From positions 2,560,001 to 2,624,000 of the forward strand of contig OY829846.1 of assembly GCA_963691875.1 (NCBI GenBank): a DNA stretch of 64,000 nt, read 5' to 3'. How positions within the stretch are numbered: position 1 is the first letter of the stretch; every line of letters starts with the position of its first letter. The translations under genes were made by a program, and so were the position numbers. The notes below the pieces were generated by a model. It worked only from the letters and a program-made list of their open reading frames with translations. It searched no databases and had not been told where the DNA came from. Shown here piece by piece: positions 10,648-20,593 of this stretch. Source of the DNA: Aureliella sp. (lineage in GTDB: Bacteria > Planctomycetota > Planctomycetia > Pirellulales > Pirellulaceae).

Positions 10648-11561
10648 TCATTGATTAACTGGAGCTAGCCCCTTCGTCGCTCTGAACACTGTCAGAACCT
10701 CCGCTTTACTTAAGAGACGATCGAAGACTGCTAGCTCGTCAAACAAACCTATGTAGCTTAGCCCGAGTAGGATACGCATCTTGCTCAGGACGCATGTGAA
10801 AGGGTCTTGCACATCCTTGGTGCCTTGCAGTTTCCCATCAAGATAAAACTCCGATTTGCCTTTCTTCGTATTGAGATCGGAAAAATTAATCAACACGTGA
10901 GTCCATTTACCTGTGGCGAATGGCGGTTTGGTTACCGTGCTGAGTCGCCGCTCAAATTCTGGATTCCTGTCCGGCGGCAGCTCTTCCGGGTTCCAAGACT
11001 TGATGTCTCCGATAATTCCCAATCTGAAGTCACGTGGGTTTTCCTTCGTGAAGTCCACCCAGATCGCGGCGTCATTGTAACCCGAATCCGTAATCTGAAT
11101 TGGATCGCAGAATCCCGGTTCAAGGTCTTTCGCAGGATCCAGGCTTAGCCAAAAGGAAACGGCTCCGCTCCACGAGTTGGAACGATAGCCGACGTTTCCA
11201 TCAGCCTCATAGTAGGTGACCAGACGCTTCTTTTTTTGAATTGAAGAGCATCACCCACGAGTCCTTGAGCCTTGGCAAGCACCACGTCTGGATCGTGGAG
11301 GCCAGGAGTCGCCTCTTCGAAACTACGGCGGTCTTTCGCTGTAAAGAGTCGTCCGTCACCCTTGGCAACTACAGCAGATGTAGTTCCATCGAAGGTGCTG
11401 AGGAAGAGAAGATGCTCGCGCAGCTCGACCAATCCCGTAGAGGAGGACTCGTGCGCGAAGGCAATTTGAGAATGGTTCGCCAACCCCCAGCAGGCGACGA
11501 GCAAACTTGCAGCAATCGAGGAACTGAGTTTCAGCACGATAGATCCCTTTTTATCTAGCAC
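10648..11561 (-). pseudogene. LamG-like jellyroll protein split by a frameshift in an A7 run (11231-11237)
   Basis: ORF 11145-11561 (signal peptide, ...GDALQFKK) continues in the -1 frame as KRLVTYYEADGNVGY...GAVSFWLSLDPAKDLEPGFCDPIQIT, which joins ORF 10648-11058 (YIGLFDELAVFDRLLS). Confidence 0.8.
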
Positions 11562-11658
11562 TCAAAGAAGCAGACAGCATAGCTTTATTTGCACTCTATT
11601 GCAGCAGCATAGATTTTCAGTGCATGGCAAATCCGCAGGCGGGTTTCTGGGAAAGAGA

Positions 11659-11950
11659 CTATGTGACTTCTAAACCGCGCATTGTCCCGGTGCTACTCGC
11701 AAAGCGAGACGTCTCAAGGCCCAATCGCTGCAGCATGGAAACGAAAAGATTTGGCAATGGGTAGTTGCTATGCTGATCAAAAGCGAGATGCTGTCCCTGT
11801 TGCCCCCCGGCAAGAAGGATCGGCATGTTCTTGGTTTGCGTGACTACTCACGTCACCCAGGTTGGAGGCAAACAGGACAAAGGTGGAATCCAACAACGTG
11901 GTGCCCTCCTCCTCGCTTTGTTGAATTTAGCATTTTGCTCAATGACCAAA
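11659..11950 (-). pseudogene. C-terminal remnant of a second DUF1552 gene
   Basis: Manual translation [25 protein letters not shown] / [11 protein letters not shown]...[35 protein letters not shown] with one frameshift; resembles the C-terminus of 6084-7481. Confidence 0.75.
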
Positions 11951-12331
11951 TGACTTTGCCGAGCACTTTCAATGGTCCACCTCCTGCTTCCCGTCTGATT
12001 CGAACGAAAAAGCACACGATTGCTTGAATTCAATCTCTGCAACGGCACTTCTGTGACCGAACCGGTTGTTCCATGCATTGCTGGTAAGCCTGACTTGCTG
12101 ACCGACTTGGTTTGCTCTGAAGAGCAGCAGTTTCGAAACGATTTAAAGAAACTTTATCCCTAAACCTCTCGGCAACTTTGGTAACTATCCATCGCGAATC
12201 CCCGGAATTGCTTTCTGAAATCGAATCGAAAATAAATCGAGTTCCTTGTCATCTTAGCGCCGGAACGCGTTTTCTTTGACGCTGCCCCAGATAGCTCTTT
12301 GTTTTTTCAAATAGATGACTGGAGAAGTAAG

Positions 12332-13555
12332 ATGAAAACGGGTTTGATTTGCACGCTGGTTCTTTGCGTATCCGGCCTTGGAGGCACTGTAACTAAGGCG
12401 GCTGATATTTACGTGGACTGCAACGTAAGTAGCAGCACAAATGACGGTACCACTTGGTCGACAGCCTACAGCAATTTGGCGGACGCTGTTGCTGACGCCA
12501 ACAGCAATGGAGCGAATGACCACATTCGGATTCGCAGTGGCTTTTACCGCACACACATTACATTGCCGATCACGGAACCCTGCGTTCTCATTGGAGAGTC
12601 TGGGACAACGATCGGGGCGCCGATGAGGGCTCATGTCCTCTTTGAGGTGGAGTCTACCCAAGTCCATTTCAGGGACATTGTGTTTGATAGTGGCACCAGT
12701 TTCGTAAATGGATACGAGTCCGACCCCCGTTTACACCGTTGCCAGTTCCGAAACAGTTCCATGCAGGCGGTGAGTACCAGAGACTGTCCTCTTGTAGAGG
12801 TACATGACTGCCTGTTCGAGGGCAATCATGGTGGATTGTTCACAATTTTTTCTGATCGTATTGAAGTTTTGGACAGCCAGTTTTTGGGTAACTACACAGC
12901 CATTCATGCCGGTGCACTTTACGTCGATGATTGTCAATCTTTGATGATTGCGCGCTGCCTGTTTCAGTCTAATATTGCCGCACAACAAGGTGGAGCGATT
13001 TTTATTAACCGGGTTTATCCAGGCTGGAAACAATCGGCGAACCTTGTCAATTGTGTCCTTCGAAATAATGAGGCAACTTCCGGCGGTGGAATCTATTGCC
13101 TTAATTGTCGTCTTCGCGTCTTCAACTGCACCATCATTAACAATCTTGCACACCACGAAACTGGAGGTATCAAAAGTCTCCGATATGGCGAGGTAGCTTT
13201 TGAGAATTCGATTCTCTGGGGAAATCGAGACACTATCTCAGGTTCGCTTATGCTTCAACAGTTCAATAACCTTCCCTCGCGGCTCGTCCATTGTTGCATT
13301 GAGGATCCGTCGGGGTTTACGTCAGTCTGGGGACGAGGTGTAATCAACAGAAACCCGAGAATGATGTTGGGTGGCCAGTTGCAAACCAGATCCCCCTGTA
13401 TCGACACTGGTGATTTTCTCTACTACCCATCCGCGTTGTTAGACAATCCAGGCGAGGACATTTTCGGCAATGCCCGGCTGGTCGGACGAGAAATTGATAT
13501 GGGGGCTTTCGAAAATAGCCTAGTAGACTACCCAATTATGGAGACTTCTTGGTAG
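12332..13555 (+). CDS. Secreted right-handed parallel beta-helix (pectin-lyase-fold) protein with a choice-of-anchor Q-like tail
   Basis: Signal peptide; IYVD...NDGTTWSTAYSNLADAV; GGAIF/GGGIY repeats; SPCIDTG...DIFGNARLVGREIDMGAFE. Confidence 0.75.
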   Translation: MKTGLICTLVLCVSGLGGTVTKAADIYVDCNVSSSTNDGTTWSTAYSNLADAVADANSNGANDHIRIRSGFYRTHITLPITEPCVLIGESGTTIGAPMRAHVLFEVESTQVHFRDIVFDSGTSFVNGYESDPRLHRCQFRNSSMQAVSTRDCPLVEVHDCLFEGNHGGLFTIFSDRIEVLDSQFLGNYTAIHAGALYVDDCQSLMIARCLFQSNIAAQQGGAIFINRVYPGWKQSANLVNCVLRNNEATSGGGIYCLNCRLRVFNCTIINNLAHHETGGIKSLRYGEVAFENSILWGNRDTISGSLMLQQFNNLPSRLVHCCIEDPSGFTSVWGRGVINRNPRMMLGGQLQTRSPCIDTGDFLYYPSALLDNPGEDIFGNARLVGREIDMGAFENSLVDYPIMETSW

Positions 13556-13642
13556 TCATGATGGAAATGGGTAACGAAGCTTAAGCACACCACTCTACAG
13601 ATGCTACAAATTGTTAAACCTATAAATACATGAAACAGCCAA

Positions 13643-13689
13643 AGCCGCAAAAGACAGCTCTAGCGTAGCGAAAGTAGTCTTATGCGGCT
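13643..13689 (+). terminator. Imperfect stem-loop downstream of the beta-helix gene
   Basis: agccgca-aaagac...gtctta-tgcggct inverted repeat followed by a T-rich stretch. Confidence 0.35.
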
Positions 13690-13719
13690 CTTGCGTTTCG
13701 TCTACCGGAGCCCGCCGGA

Positions 13720-13845
13720 GTGCTCCCCCAAAACAGACATGCGTGCTATCCGAAGGGCCTTACAAGGAGTCCCTGGATGACCAGAAGGCGAAAACGACGA
13801 AAGACCGAGCAGATCGTAAATCTACTTAGGAAAGGCATGCGATCG
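13720..13845 (+). mobile_element. IS3-family left-end/orfA fragment
   Basis: TGCTCCCCCAAAA end-like sequence, AGGAG RBS, then MTRRRKRRKTEQIVNLLRK, like IS3 OrfA N-termini; truncated. Confidence 0.5.
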
Positions 13846-13869
13846 CTTGCTACTGCCGTCGAGCCACCT

Positions 13870-14095
13870 AGGGAGGGGTATAGCTCAAACTCCATCCTCG
13901 CCCTTGTTGCAGTTCAGAAATCAAGAAGAAACTTGATTGCGTCACAGCCTGAACACTTTGGCACTGAATCCTACAATTCGTGCCTTGGCACTCGCTCTTT
14001 TAAAATGCTCGTTGGGTATATTACAGATAACTACCAGAGCAACTGAGTGGCCAAAAGAACCGTCGGGCAACAGCGCTGAGACCGCATTTTGCAGA
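13870..14095 (+). pseudogene. Possible C-terminal remnant of an ECF sigma factor
   Basis: Broken frames TPSSPLLQF...TIRALALALLK / MLVGY...VAKRTVGQ resemble region 4 of planctomycete ECF sigmas, which typically precede Ser/Thr kinases. Confidence 0.3.
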
Positions 14096-14159
14096 ACGGC
14101 AGACTTGGGGACCAAACACCGCAACTTGCGAGAAGATAGCAGGTGGATTCGCTTCGATC

Positions 14160-16304
14160 ATGAAGCGAATTGAGTTTACGCATTGGAAAAAGTCAATGGC
14201 GGTATCGAACGAACATGAGCACGAACATGAGCTGAAACGGCTTGCGTCTGAACTAGCAATACAGGCGTGGGCCGAGGGTGGAGCGACTGATCCCTCGATC
14301 CAAGCGAAGTTGCTTGAGAAGTACCCACACATCACCGAACAACTCAGGCTTGAATTCAAGCGCCTCGCATTCATCGAACTAGCATTCCATGATGAACCAG
14401 CCCAGAGCACAGTAAATTTCCTGACAACTCGATCTGCGGCTCACGTAAAGGGCAGCAATCCTCCATTTGATTGGACATGGAGATGCCAACGTTGCGAAAT
14501 TACGCTCCGTGACTTCGGTGCCGAAGATCCTTCCAGCAGCAGTGAACGCGTCTGCCCGAAATCTGGCGAGGAATTGCTTCGCGTTCAACAGGCGGATGCT
14601 TCTGCAAGCGGTGACATGATTGATCATTATCGCTTAGAACGCGTACTAGGAGCGGGCGGATTCGGTACCGTTTGGCTAGCCTTTGACGAAGAGCTAGTTC
14701 GGCCGGTTGCGTTGAAAATACCTAAACGCGGTCGCTTGGATGCGGGCTCTCGTAAGACATTTTTGCGCGAAGCCCAAATCGCGGCATCTGTCCGACATCC
14801 AATGGTTGTCACGGTCTACGACGTAGGGATCTACCGAGATGAAGTCTATATTTGCAGCGAGTACATCGAGGGTTCAACACTCGCACAAAGCCAAACCGAG
14901 AACGCAAATCAACCGGAAGCCGCCTGCCGATTAGTTTCGCAATTATGTGAACCGCTACAGGCATTGCACGAGGCGGGGATCATCCACCGCGATCTCAAGC
15001 CGAGCAACATTCTCATCGATCGGAGTGGGGTAGGACGATTGACAGACTTTGGCCTCGCAAAGTCCTTAGTAGGAAAAACGACAAACACTCTCACCGGACA
15101 AGTACTTGGAACACCTGCGTATATGGCGCCCGAAATCGTTGCGGGCGATTCCAAGCATGCGGATCCGCGAACAGACATCTACTCCATTGGTGTTGTGTTT
15201 TACGAATTGCTCTCTACCTGCGTGCCATTTCAAGGCTCATGGAGCGAGCTAGAGTCGGCTATCCTTCATGATCAACCGCCAAAGCTCGAGTCGTTTGCCC
15301 CCCCCGGGGACATTCCCCGAGACCTAGAACGGGTTTGCTTGAAGTGCCTTGAAAAGAACCCTAAGGATCGGTATCAATCGGTCGATCTGCTTGTTGCTGA
15401 TTTGAAGCGTTTTCTGGACGGCTTACCCGTCCATGCGAAACCGAAACCGTTGCCGCTTCGTATCTACCGGCAAATCGAAAAGCGTCCAGCTTTGTCGGTC
15501 GCAATCGCATTGGCGATGGTGTCTTGCGTGACGATCCCTTACCTATTCGGAACGATCCTCGGGATCACTCAAGACAACCGCGAGTTAGAAAATGCTAATA
15601 ATGCCGCTGAGGCCACCATCGCAGAACTCGAGCTACAAACCGAATATGTAGATAGGCAAGCCGCCATCGAAAGCATGGTAAGGGAGGCAGAGGCACTGGC
15701 TGATACGCGCCCACAGGCAGCACTGGAAATGGCGATCGATGTCGCTAAGAGAGTGTCGGCTGAACATTCACCTTACCTACCAGAGGACCGAATAGCGAGA
15801 GAAAGTCAGGCCTATCAGTTGCTGGTCGATCTCGCAATTCGCAACGTGGGGGTCCAACCAGGCTTGCCAGTTGGTGTGGCGACACAGATTCAGTTGATGG
15901 CCCCCAATCGGCTTTTGATTCGCAATAAAGTCACTGCTACTGAAAAGAGGAGTAAATTCGATCCCGATCAACCTCAGGTGGACGAATGCTTCACGGTTTG
16001 GTTGCCTAACCGTGTCACGCAACCACCAAACAACCAAATTGGGAAATTGAGAGAGGTCAACTATCCGGATGTGCAACCGCGGGACAGGTTTCTGGTGAAT
16101 CTTTCAGCAATTGTCCATAACAAACACGGGGAATTGTCGCCAAGCTATTCGAGTTCAACTGCAAACAATAGCCCCAACACCGCCGCTAATCAGCTGGAGA
16201 ATTACTCAGTCGCAAGTCCCGGAACGATGACCTGCTACTGGAAGGGCCTACCGGCAAAAGATTGTGTCGTGTCAAAAGATGGAAGAATTGTGATCTCGCT
16301 TTAG
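14160..16304 (+). CDS. Hanks-type Ser/Thr protein kinase with a central hydrophobic helix; probably C-terminally truncated
   Basis: LGAGGFGTVW, VALK, IHRDLKPSNIL, DFGLAK, GTPAYMAPE, DIYSIG; N-terminal CQRC...CPKS zinc-ribbon-like segment; alternative start 14196. Confidence 0.9.
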   Translation: MKRIEFTHWKKSMAVSNEHEHEHELKRLASELAIQAWAEGGATDPSIQAKLLEKYPHITEQLRLEFKRLAFIELAFHDEPAQSTVNFLTTRSAAHVKGSNPPFDWTWRCQRCEITLRDFGAEDPSSSSERVCPKSGEELLRVQQADASASGDMIDHYRLERVLGAGGFGTVWLAFDEELVRPVALKIPKRGRLDAGSRKTFLREAQIAASVRHPMVVTVYDVGIYRDEVYICSEYIEGSTLAQSQTENANQPEAACRLVSQLCEPLQALHEAGIIHRDLKPSNILIDRSGVGRLTDFGLAKSLVGKTTNTLTGQVLGTPAYMAPEIVAGDSKHADPRTDIYSIGVVFYELLSTCVPFQGSWSELESAILHDQPPKLESFAPPGDIPRDLERVCLKCLEKNPKDRYQSVDLLVADLKRFLDGLPVHAKPKPLPLRIYRQIEKRPALSVAIALAMVSCVTIPYLFGTILGITQDNRELENANNAAEATIAELELQTEYVDRQAAIESMVREAEALADTRPQAALEMAIDVAKRVSAEHSPYLPEDRIARESQAYQLLVDLAIRNVGVQPGLPVGVATQIQLMAPNRLLIRNKVTATEKRSKFDPDQPQVDECFTVWLPNRVTQPPNNQIGKLREVNYPDVQPRDRFLVNLSAIVHNKHGELSPSYSSSTANNSPNTAANQLENYSVASPGTMTCYWKGLPAKDCVVSKDGRIVISL

Positions 16305-16691
16305 CAGCGTGAAAGCAGCGTTCAGCTCGAATATCCTCCTCAATTGACCGCCCCGTCAACTCAATCCATGCATCAAGGATGCTGTTCTGCCTAGCGGCAA
16401 CTTCTCGACAGAAGATATCCGAGGCAGCGTTAGATGCCCAATGCCGCCCGCAAGCACACGGCTTCTGCTTGAGACCGGGAAAGGAATTGTCGTGCTGGCG
16501 ATTTAATGGGCCGAGGTCCAGGTTTCTGCGATGCTGAGAGCAATCTCTGCCTCCGGAAAGATAATTCTAGTTTTTCGCGCCTGTCGCTTATCTGCCCTGT
16601 CGCTCTCCTCTCAGACGGAAACCAATCCTCCATCACGTCGATGGGGGTGGATCACCAGTGATGTTTCCGACCAATAAAAAGCAGGGAAAAA

Positions 16692-17513
16692 ATGATGAGA
16701 ACGAGATTCCTTTTCCACAGCATTGTCAGCGCAAGTTTGCTATTTGGTCTGATGCAGGGAACTGGCTTTTGCCAAATGGGTACACCTGCGGATGATGGGT
16801 GCACTGACGTCGACGAAGTCATCGTGTGTGAGGGTGAGGCCGGAGATACCACTTTAGAATGTGACGATGGCGGTGAGGTACGAATTGGTTCCGATGGTAA
16901 AAAGCGGCTGTTCCCAGGAGGAAAAGTTCTTAGGCCGGTGGTGCCATCGACTCCGAGTCCATGTCCTAATCCAAGTCCTGCTCCGACACCAGGACCGACC
17001 TCGGGTCCCAGTACAAACCCGACCTCGGGTCCCAGTTCGAACCCGACCTCGGGTGCCGGTGCGTGGGGAGCGGACGCAGGTGATACGATTGGAGTTTATG
17101 TGGCTGAAGGATTGAACGCTTCTGGTGGACTCACTTTTGTGGTAATTCTCAACGACCAGCAAAATCCACATGATTCTCCCGCCCCGGACGCTGGCGAGAA
17201 AGAGTTTACTTACGATCCTCAAAGCGATGGCTGCTCAGAAATCGAGTGGGTTTATCTAATGCTGCTCGAAATGGGACTGACTGAGCAAGAGGCGATATCG
17301 CTCTTTATTAGCACGACAGATTTTGGAGACGACGCTTGCGATTGCTACCTTGAAATGGGGTGGACTTACCTGATGATGCTCGAAACGGGACTGAATGAGC
17401 ATGAGGCGATGTCGATTCTTGTTGGCCAGGAAAAGGCTGAGGACGAGGATCCGAGTCCAACCAGAATCAAGAAACCTGTGCCCGGTCCACTTATCACAAG
17501 TTTCGATGATTGA
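16692..17513 (+). CDS. Hypothetical secreted protein with a Pro/Ser/Thr linker and a duplicated 38-aa module
   Basis: Signal-peptide-like N-terminus; acidic Cys-containing head; PTSGPS repeats; EIEWVYLMLLEMGLTEQEAISL vs EMGWTYLMMLETGLNEHEAMSI. Confidence 0.7.
   Translation: MMRTRFLFHSIVSASLLFGLMQGTGFCQMGTPADDGCTDVDEVIVCEGEAGDTTLECDDGGEVRIGSDGKKRLFPGGKVLRPVVPSTPSPCPNPSPAPTPGPTSGPSTNPTSGPSSNPTSGAGAWGADAGDTIGVYVAEGLNASGGLTFVVILNDQQNPHDSPAPDAGEKEFTYDPQSDGCSEIEWVYLMLLEMGLTEQEAISLFISTTDFGDDACDCYLEMGWTYLMMLETGLNEHEAMSILVGQEKAEDEDPSPTRIKKPVPGPLITSFDD
16995..17054 (+). repeat. 24-bp coding tandem repeat (2.5 copies)
   Basis: ccgacctcgggtcccagt(a/t)c(a/g)aac starting at 16995, 17019 and 17043. Confidence 0.85.
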
Positions 17514-17699
17514 ATCGAGTCTCTTGCCGTTACCTCGAATCTCTAGAGCTGTGCGACAGGCCGGAAAGCCCCGGCCTCTCGCCTCGCACCTGGCAAAATA
17601 CCCACCGCACCAGACTCGAAGTGAAATAACGAAGGGGCAGGGTGATAGCCCAGAACTGGCGAACTCACGAATTGTGGTTTTATACAGCTAGTGCATTCT

Positions 17700-17880
17700 G
17701 GTGTATTGCTTCGAACTCGTTTATTTTTGTAGTCGAGATTCCGGTGAATCCTCTGTAAGCTTGAAACTACTAGATATACCGGAGTATGCTCGATCCTGCT
17801 TCATGCATATCGGAATACGTCTCATAGTTTTTCCATTCGTGCTTCAGCGACCAGAAGAATCGATCCATGACCTCGCTGCC
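17700..17880 (-). mobile_element. IS3-family transposase C-terminal remnant
   Basis: EVMDRFFWSLKHEW...YSDMHEAGSSILRYI resembles the IS3 'ESFF.SLK.E' region. Confidence 0.65.
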
Positions 17881-17884
17881 TTGA

Positions 17885-18264
17885 AAGTCGGCCGTAAACT
17901 TACCAGCGATGACTTGGTCGACCTGTTTACAATCCGTGGCATCCACGCGTTTATTCGTAGTCATACGGAGCCGTAGTTCATCGCACCCGAGTGCGCAGCT
18001 TCCCCAACGCGGTAGACGTGGGCACCTCCTCCATTGAATCAGGCAGCCCTTGGCACAATGGCTGCCCAGAGCTTAAAGAGCAAGCTCCGCGACGAGAGCC
18101 TGGGTGGTACAGAGTTTACAAACGTGCAGGAAGCACGCGTCCTGAACGAGCATTGGAGGCAGACTTCCATCCATCCACGGCCCCACAGTTCGCTCGATGG
18201 ACTTTCGCCGGCCGCATTCGCGTTTCCGAAAAAGGACACTCCAGCTCCACAGGCCTGGAACTGA
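17885..18264 (+). mobile_element. IS3-family (IS407-like) transposase integrase-core remnant
   Basis: FTIRGIHAFIRS...IESGSPWHNG / SKLRDESLGGTEFTNVQEARVLNEHWRQ...RPHSSLDGLSPAAFA with stops and frameshifts. Confidence 0.75.
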
Positions 18265-18376
18265 AGACTATGTTTTTGCAGTCTCAAATCCAACCCCATA
18301 ATTCTCAGTTTGAGATGTCCGTACTTCAGACATCCGGATTCGCCCGCGTTTTTGACTGAAAATCAGCACTCAGTTT

Positions 18377-18392
18377 TGGCATGGCACTTGCA
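18377..18392 (+). promoter_or_regulatory. Candidate sigma-54 (-24/-12) promoter
   Basis: TGGCATGGCACTTGCA has GG-N10-GC spacing and matches TGGCAC-N5-TTGCA; 120 nt upstream of ATG 18513. Confidence 0.6.
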
Positions 18393-18512
18393 GAATACAA
18401 CCGTGCAGAGCAGCACGGGTGTTCAGAGTAGTAGGTTCCTTGGTTGCATAATCACTCGGAACTTGCGAATCCCCACTTCCCTTTGACTAATTTCCATAAG
18501 AGAAGACTTACC

Positions 18513-19544
18513 ATGATGAAGAAACACAACAGAGTGCTTATGAGTTTTATGCTCGTTTTTTTGATTTCGGGATTGGCATCCGTTTCAGCGGCGGAAGGCG
18601 GATTCTGGAGAGTGACGGGGAATCTGGTCAACGTGAACAACGGAGTCACTGGATTGAATGGGCCATCATGCCCCATGGCAAACGTAAGATTGCGATTTAA
18701 GAGCCGTTGGCTTGGTGGAACGGGAGTTGGCTTGAACGGCCCGGTTACGCCTTTTCCCTGGGGAACATCATGGGGCACGGCAACCACCGACTCAAATGGA
18801 TGGTTTTCTGAAACCAGTTCTTTTTTTGCGGATTCATCTCGAGGCCGCGATATTCTAGTTGAAGCCCGAGTACGTGGTGACAACTCACAGTTCGAATGGA
18901 AACCGGTAACGATCGTTAGGGGGCTCAGTGCTTCGACTCCCCATCAGGTGACAGGCAATATTCATACTTTTAATCTTGGTGAGGTTGAGACTGACTTGTT
19001 TGAATGTCCGACTGATTTGGTTCCGGCTCCTCAACCGGAACGCAAGCCGAAGATTGCGAAGGTTCCGAATGACAAGCCGAATGACATTGAGGCAAAGATA
19101 AAGCCAATTCCGTGTGGCTGGAGCACCAATGGAAAACCCGGGATCGATCTCGCTTTTACCAGTGTTGTTGTTCGCCACCGTGATAACCAGCCTAATTCCC
19201 CGCCGGAGCGTATTACGTGGGAAGTGGTGGTTCGCAACAATGGGCCCATGGAATACAAGGGATCGGGTAAATGCAAGACGAGTGTCCGCATGACCGTATT
19301 CATCTCCGAGTTGGGAAAAGAACGCGAGTATCATTTGACATTGAACAAGCCAATTGCAGCCGGTTCCGAGAAAACGTTTACCTCAAATTCTGGTAATCTT
19401 GGCGAAACTTCGGAAGCCGAGTCCGACTCTTACCCAATTCTGTTTGAGATTGATCCCGAAAATGAGATTAGCGAAACGGATGAGGGCAATAACCAATTAA
19501 GTGGTACTTACTCGCCTGCAACCGAGACTTTTTCTGCGCAATAG
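18513..19544 (+). CDS. Secreted protein with a C-terminal CARDB-like Ig domain
   Basis: Signal peptide (..VSA-AE); IDLAFTSV...VVVRNNGP...FEIDPENEISETDEGNNQ is CARDB-like; N-terminal TATTDSNGWF carboxypeptidase-regulatory-like motif. Confidence 0.7.
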   Translation: MMKKHNRVLMSFMLVFLISGLASVSAAEGGFWRVTGNLVNVNNGVTGLNGPSCPMANVRLRFKSRWLGGTGVGLNGPVTPFPWGTSWGTATTDSNGWFSETSSFFADSSRGRDILVEARVRGDNSQFEWKPVTIVRGLSASTPHQVTGNIHTFNLGEVETDLFECPTDLVPAPQPERKPKIAKVPNDKPNDIEAKIKPIPCGWSTNGKPGIDLAFTSVVVRHRDNQPNSPPERITWEVVVRNNGPMEYKGSGKCKTSVRMTVFISELGKEREYHLTLNKPIAAGSEKTFTSNSGNLGETSEAESDSYPILFEIDPENEISETDEGNNQLSGTYSPATETFSAQ

Positions 19545-19657
19545 CACGAGAAGAACCGGTGCATCCACTCGCTAAAACCAAGGCGTCATAGGATCGCGCG
19601 ATCGCTTGAAATTACAGCAAGAATTTTTCACATGGCACTTCGCATCAGAATTGAACA

Positions 19658-20098
19658 ATGAAAACACACGGTTTTACCCTTATCGTTTCAGTTTCCGCAT
19701 GTCTTTTGCTCGTGGGATGTGGAGGCGTTGTTGAGCAGGATTCAGGTCAGCGAAATGACAAGAAAGAAAACATGGACAAGGAAAAAAAAGGGGGGGCACT
19801 TTATACGCGCCTTGCCAATGATCAGCTAAAAATCCTTATCTCCGGCTGTAAAAAATATCACTACAACACTGGTCAACACGTCAGCAAGCTTGCTGATTTC
19901 AAGTCGCCTCCAGAGGGTATGTCTGAAAAAGAGTGGAAAGGGCCCTATCTTGGCAAGATCCTGGCAGACCCATGGGGAAATGAAATGATAGTGGAATCCA
20001 ACGAGGAAACAGTGGTGGTTCTAAGTTGTGGCCCCAATGGGTTAAAAGGTGACTCGGATGACCTGACCATTGAGTGGTCAAACTCGTCAGGCAAGTAA
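19658..20098 (+). CDS. Lipoprotein with a T2SS GspG-like C-terminal domain
   Basis: Lipobox LLLVGC; WKGPYL...DPWGNE...VLSCGPNGLKGDSDDL GspG signature. Confidence 0.75.
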   Translation: MKTHGFTLIVSVSACLLLVGCGGVVEQDSGQRNDKKENMDKEKKGGALYTRLANDQLKILISGCKKYHYNTGQHVSKLADFKSPPEGMSEKEWKGPYLGKILADPWGNEMIVESNEETVVVLSCGPNGLKGDSDDLTIEWSNSSGK

Positions 20099-20269
20099 TT
20101 TCAACAAAGAATAAAGCCGATCTTTTGCCAAATCAACGACTTAGCCGCCCGATTTTATTTTCACATCAATCCGTGCCGATTGCTGAAGTAACTGCGGGAG
20201 AAAGAAATTCGGGATTCTGTTCGAGATAAGGGGATAGTGGATTGTATTCCGACGAGATGGAGCCAGGGT

Positions 20270-20580
20270 ATTGGCCCCTGGTTGCTGTACAACAAGTTGT
20301 CACGCGATGCGAATCACAGATAACTCCTTGCATTTCTCAGGTGCAGCGAAATTCAAAATATGATGAGGTCGCCAGGAATAGTATCAATCGCTCCACTTGG
20401 TGATGACATTACGCGCCTCGTCAAGTGTTTGGATGCGGTGTTGTTGACTCCCCCAGTCTCTGCACCAGGTTGTATCAGAGAATTGGGGTTTGGTAATTCA
20501 ACATACAATGGATGCGGTGATGGTTGTAGTCCAGTCCCCAGCGGTCAATCGCCCAGCAAGCTTCCTCGAAGCTCAGGATG
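20270..20580 (-). mobile_element. Two tandem IS3-family 3'-end remnants
   Basis: LSFEEACWAIDRWGLDYNHHRIHCMLNYQTP followed by end-like ...GGGGGAGTCA; second fragment LDEARNVITKWSD*YYSWRPHHILNFAAP. Confidence 0.6.
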
Positions 20581-20593
20581 ATTTCATGCTTAG

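Noticed and set aside
12332..20098. Integron cassette array (run of co-oriented accessory genes)
   Set aside because: No convincing attC sites (RYYYAAC...GTTRRRY with paired boxes) and no intI gene; intergenic DNA is mostly IS debris.
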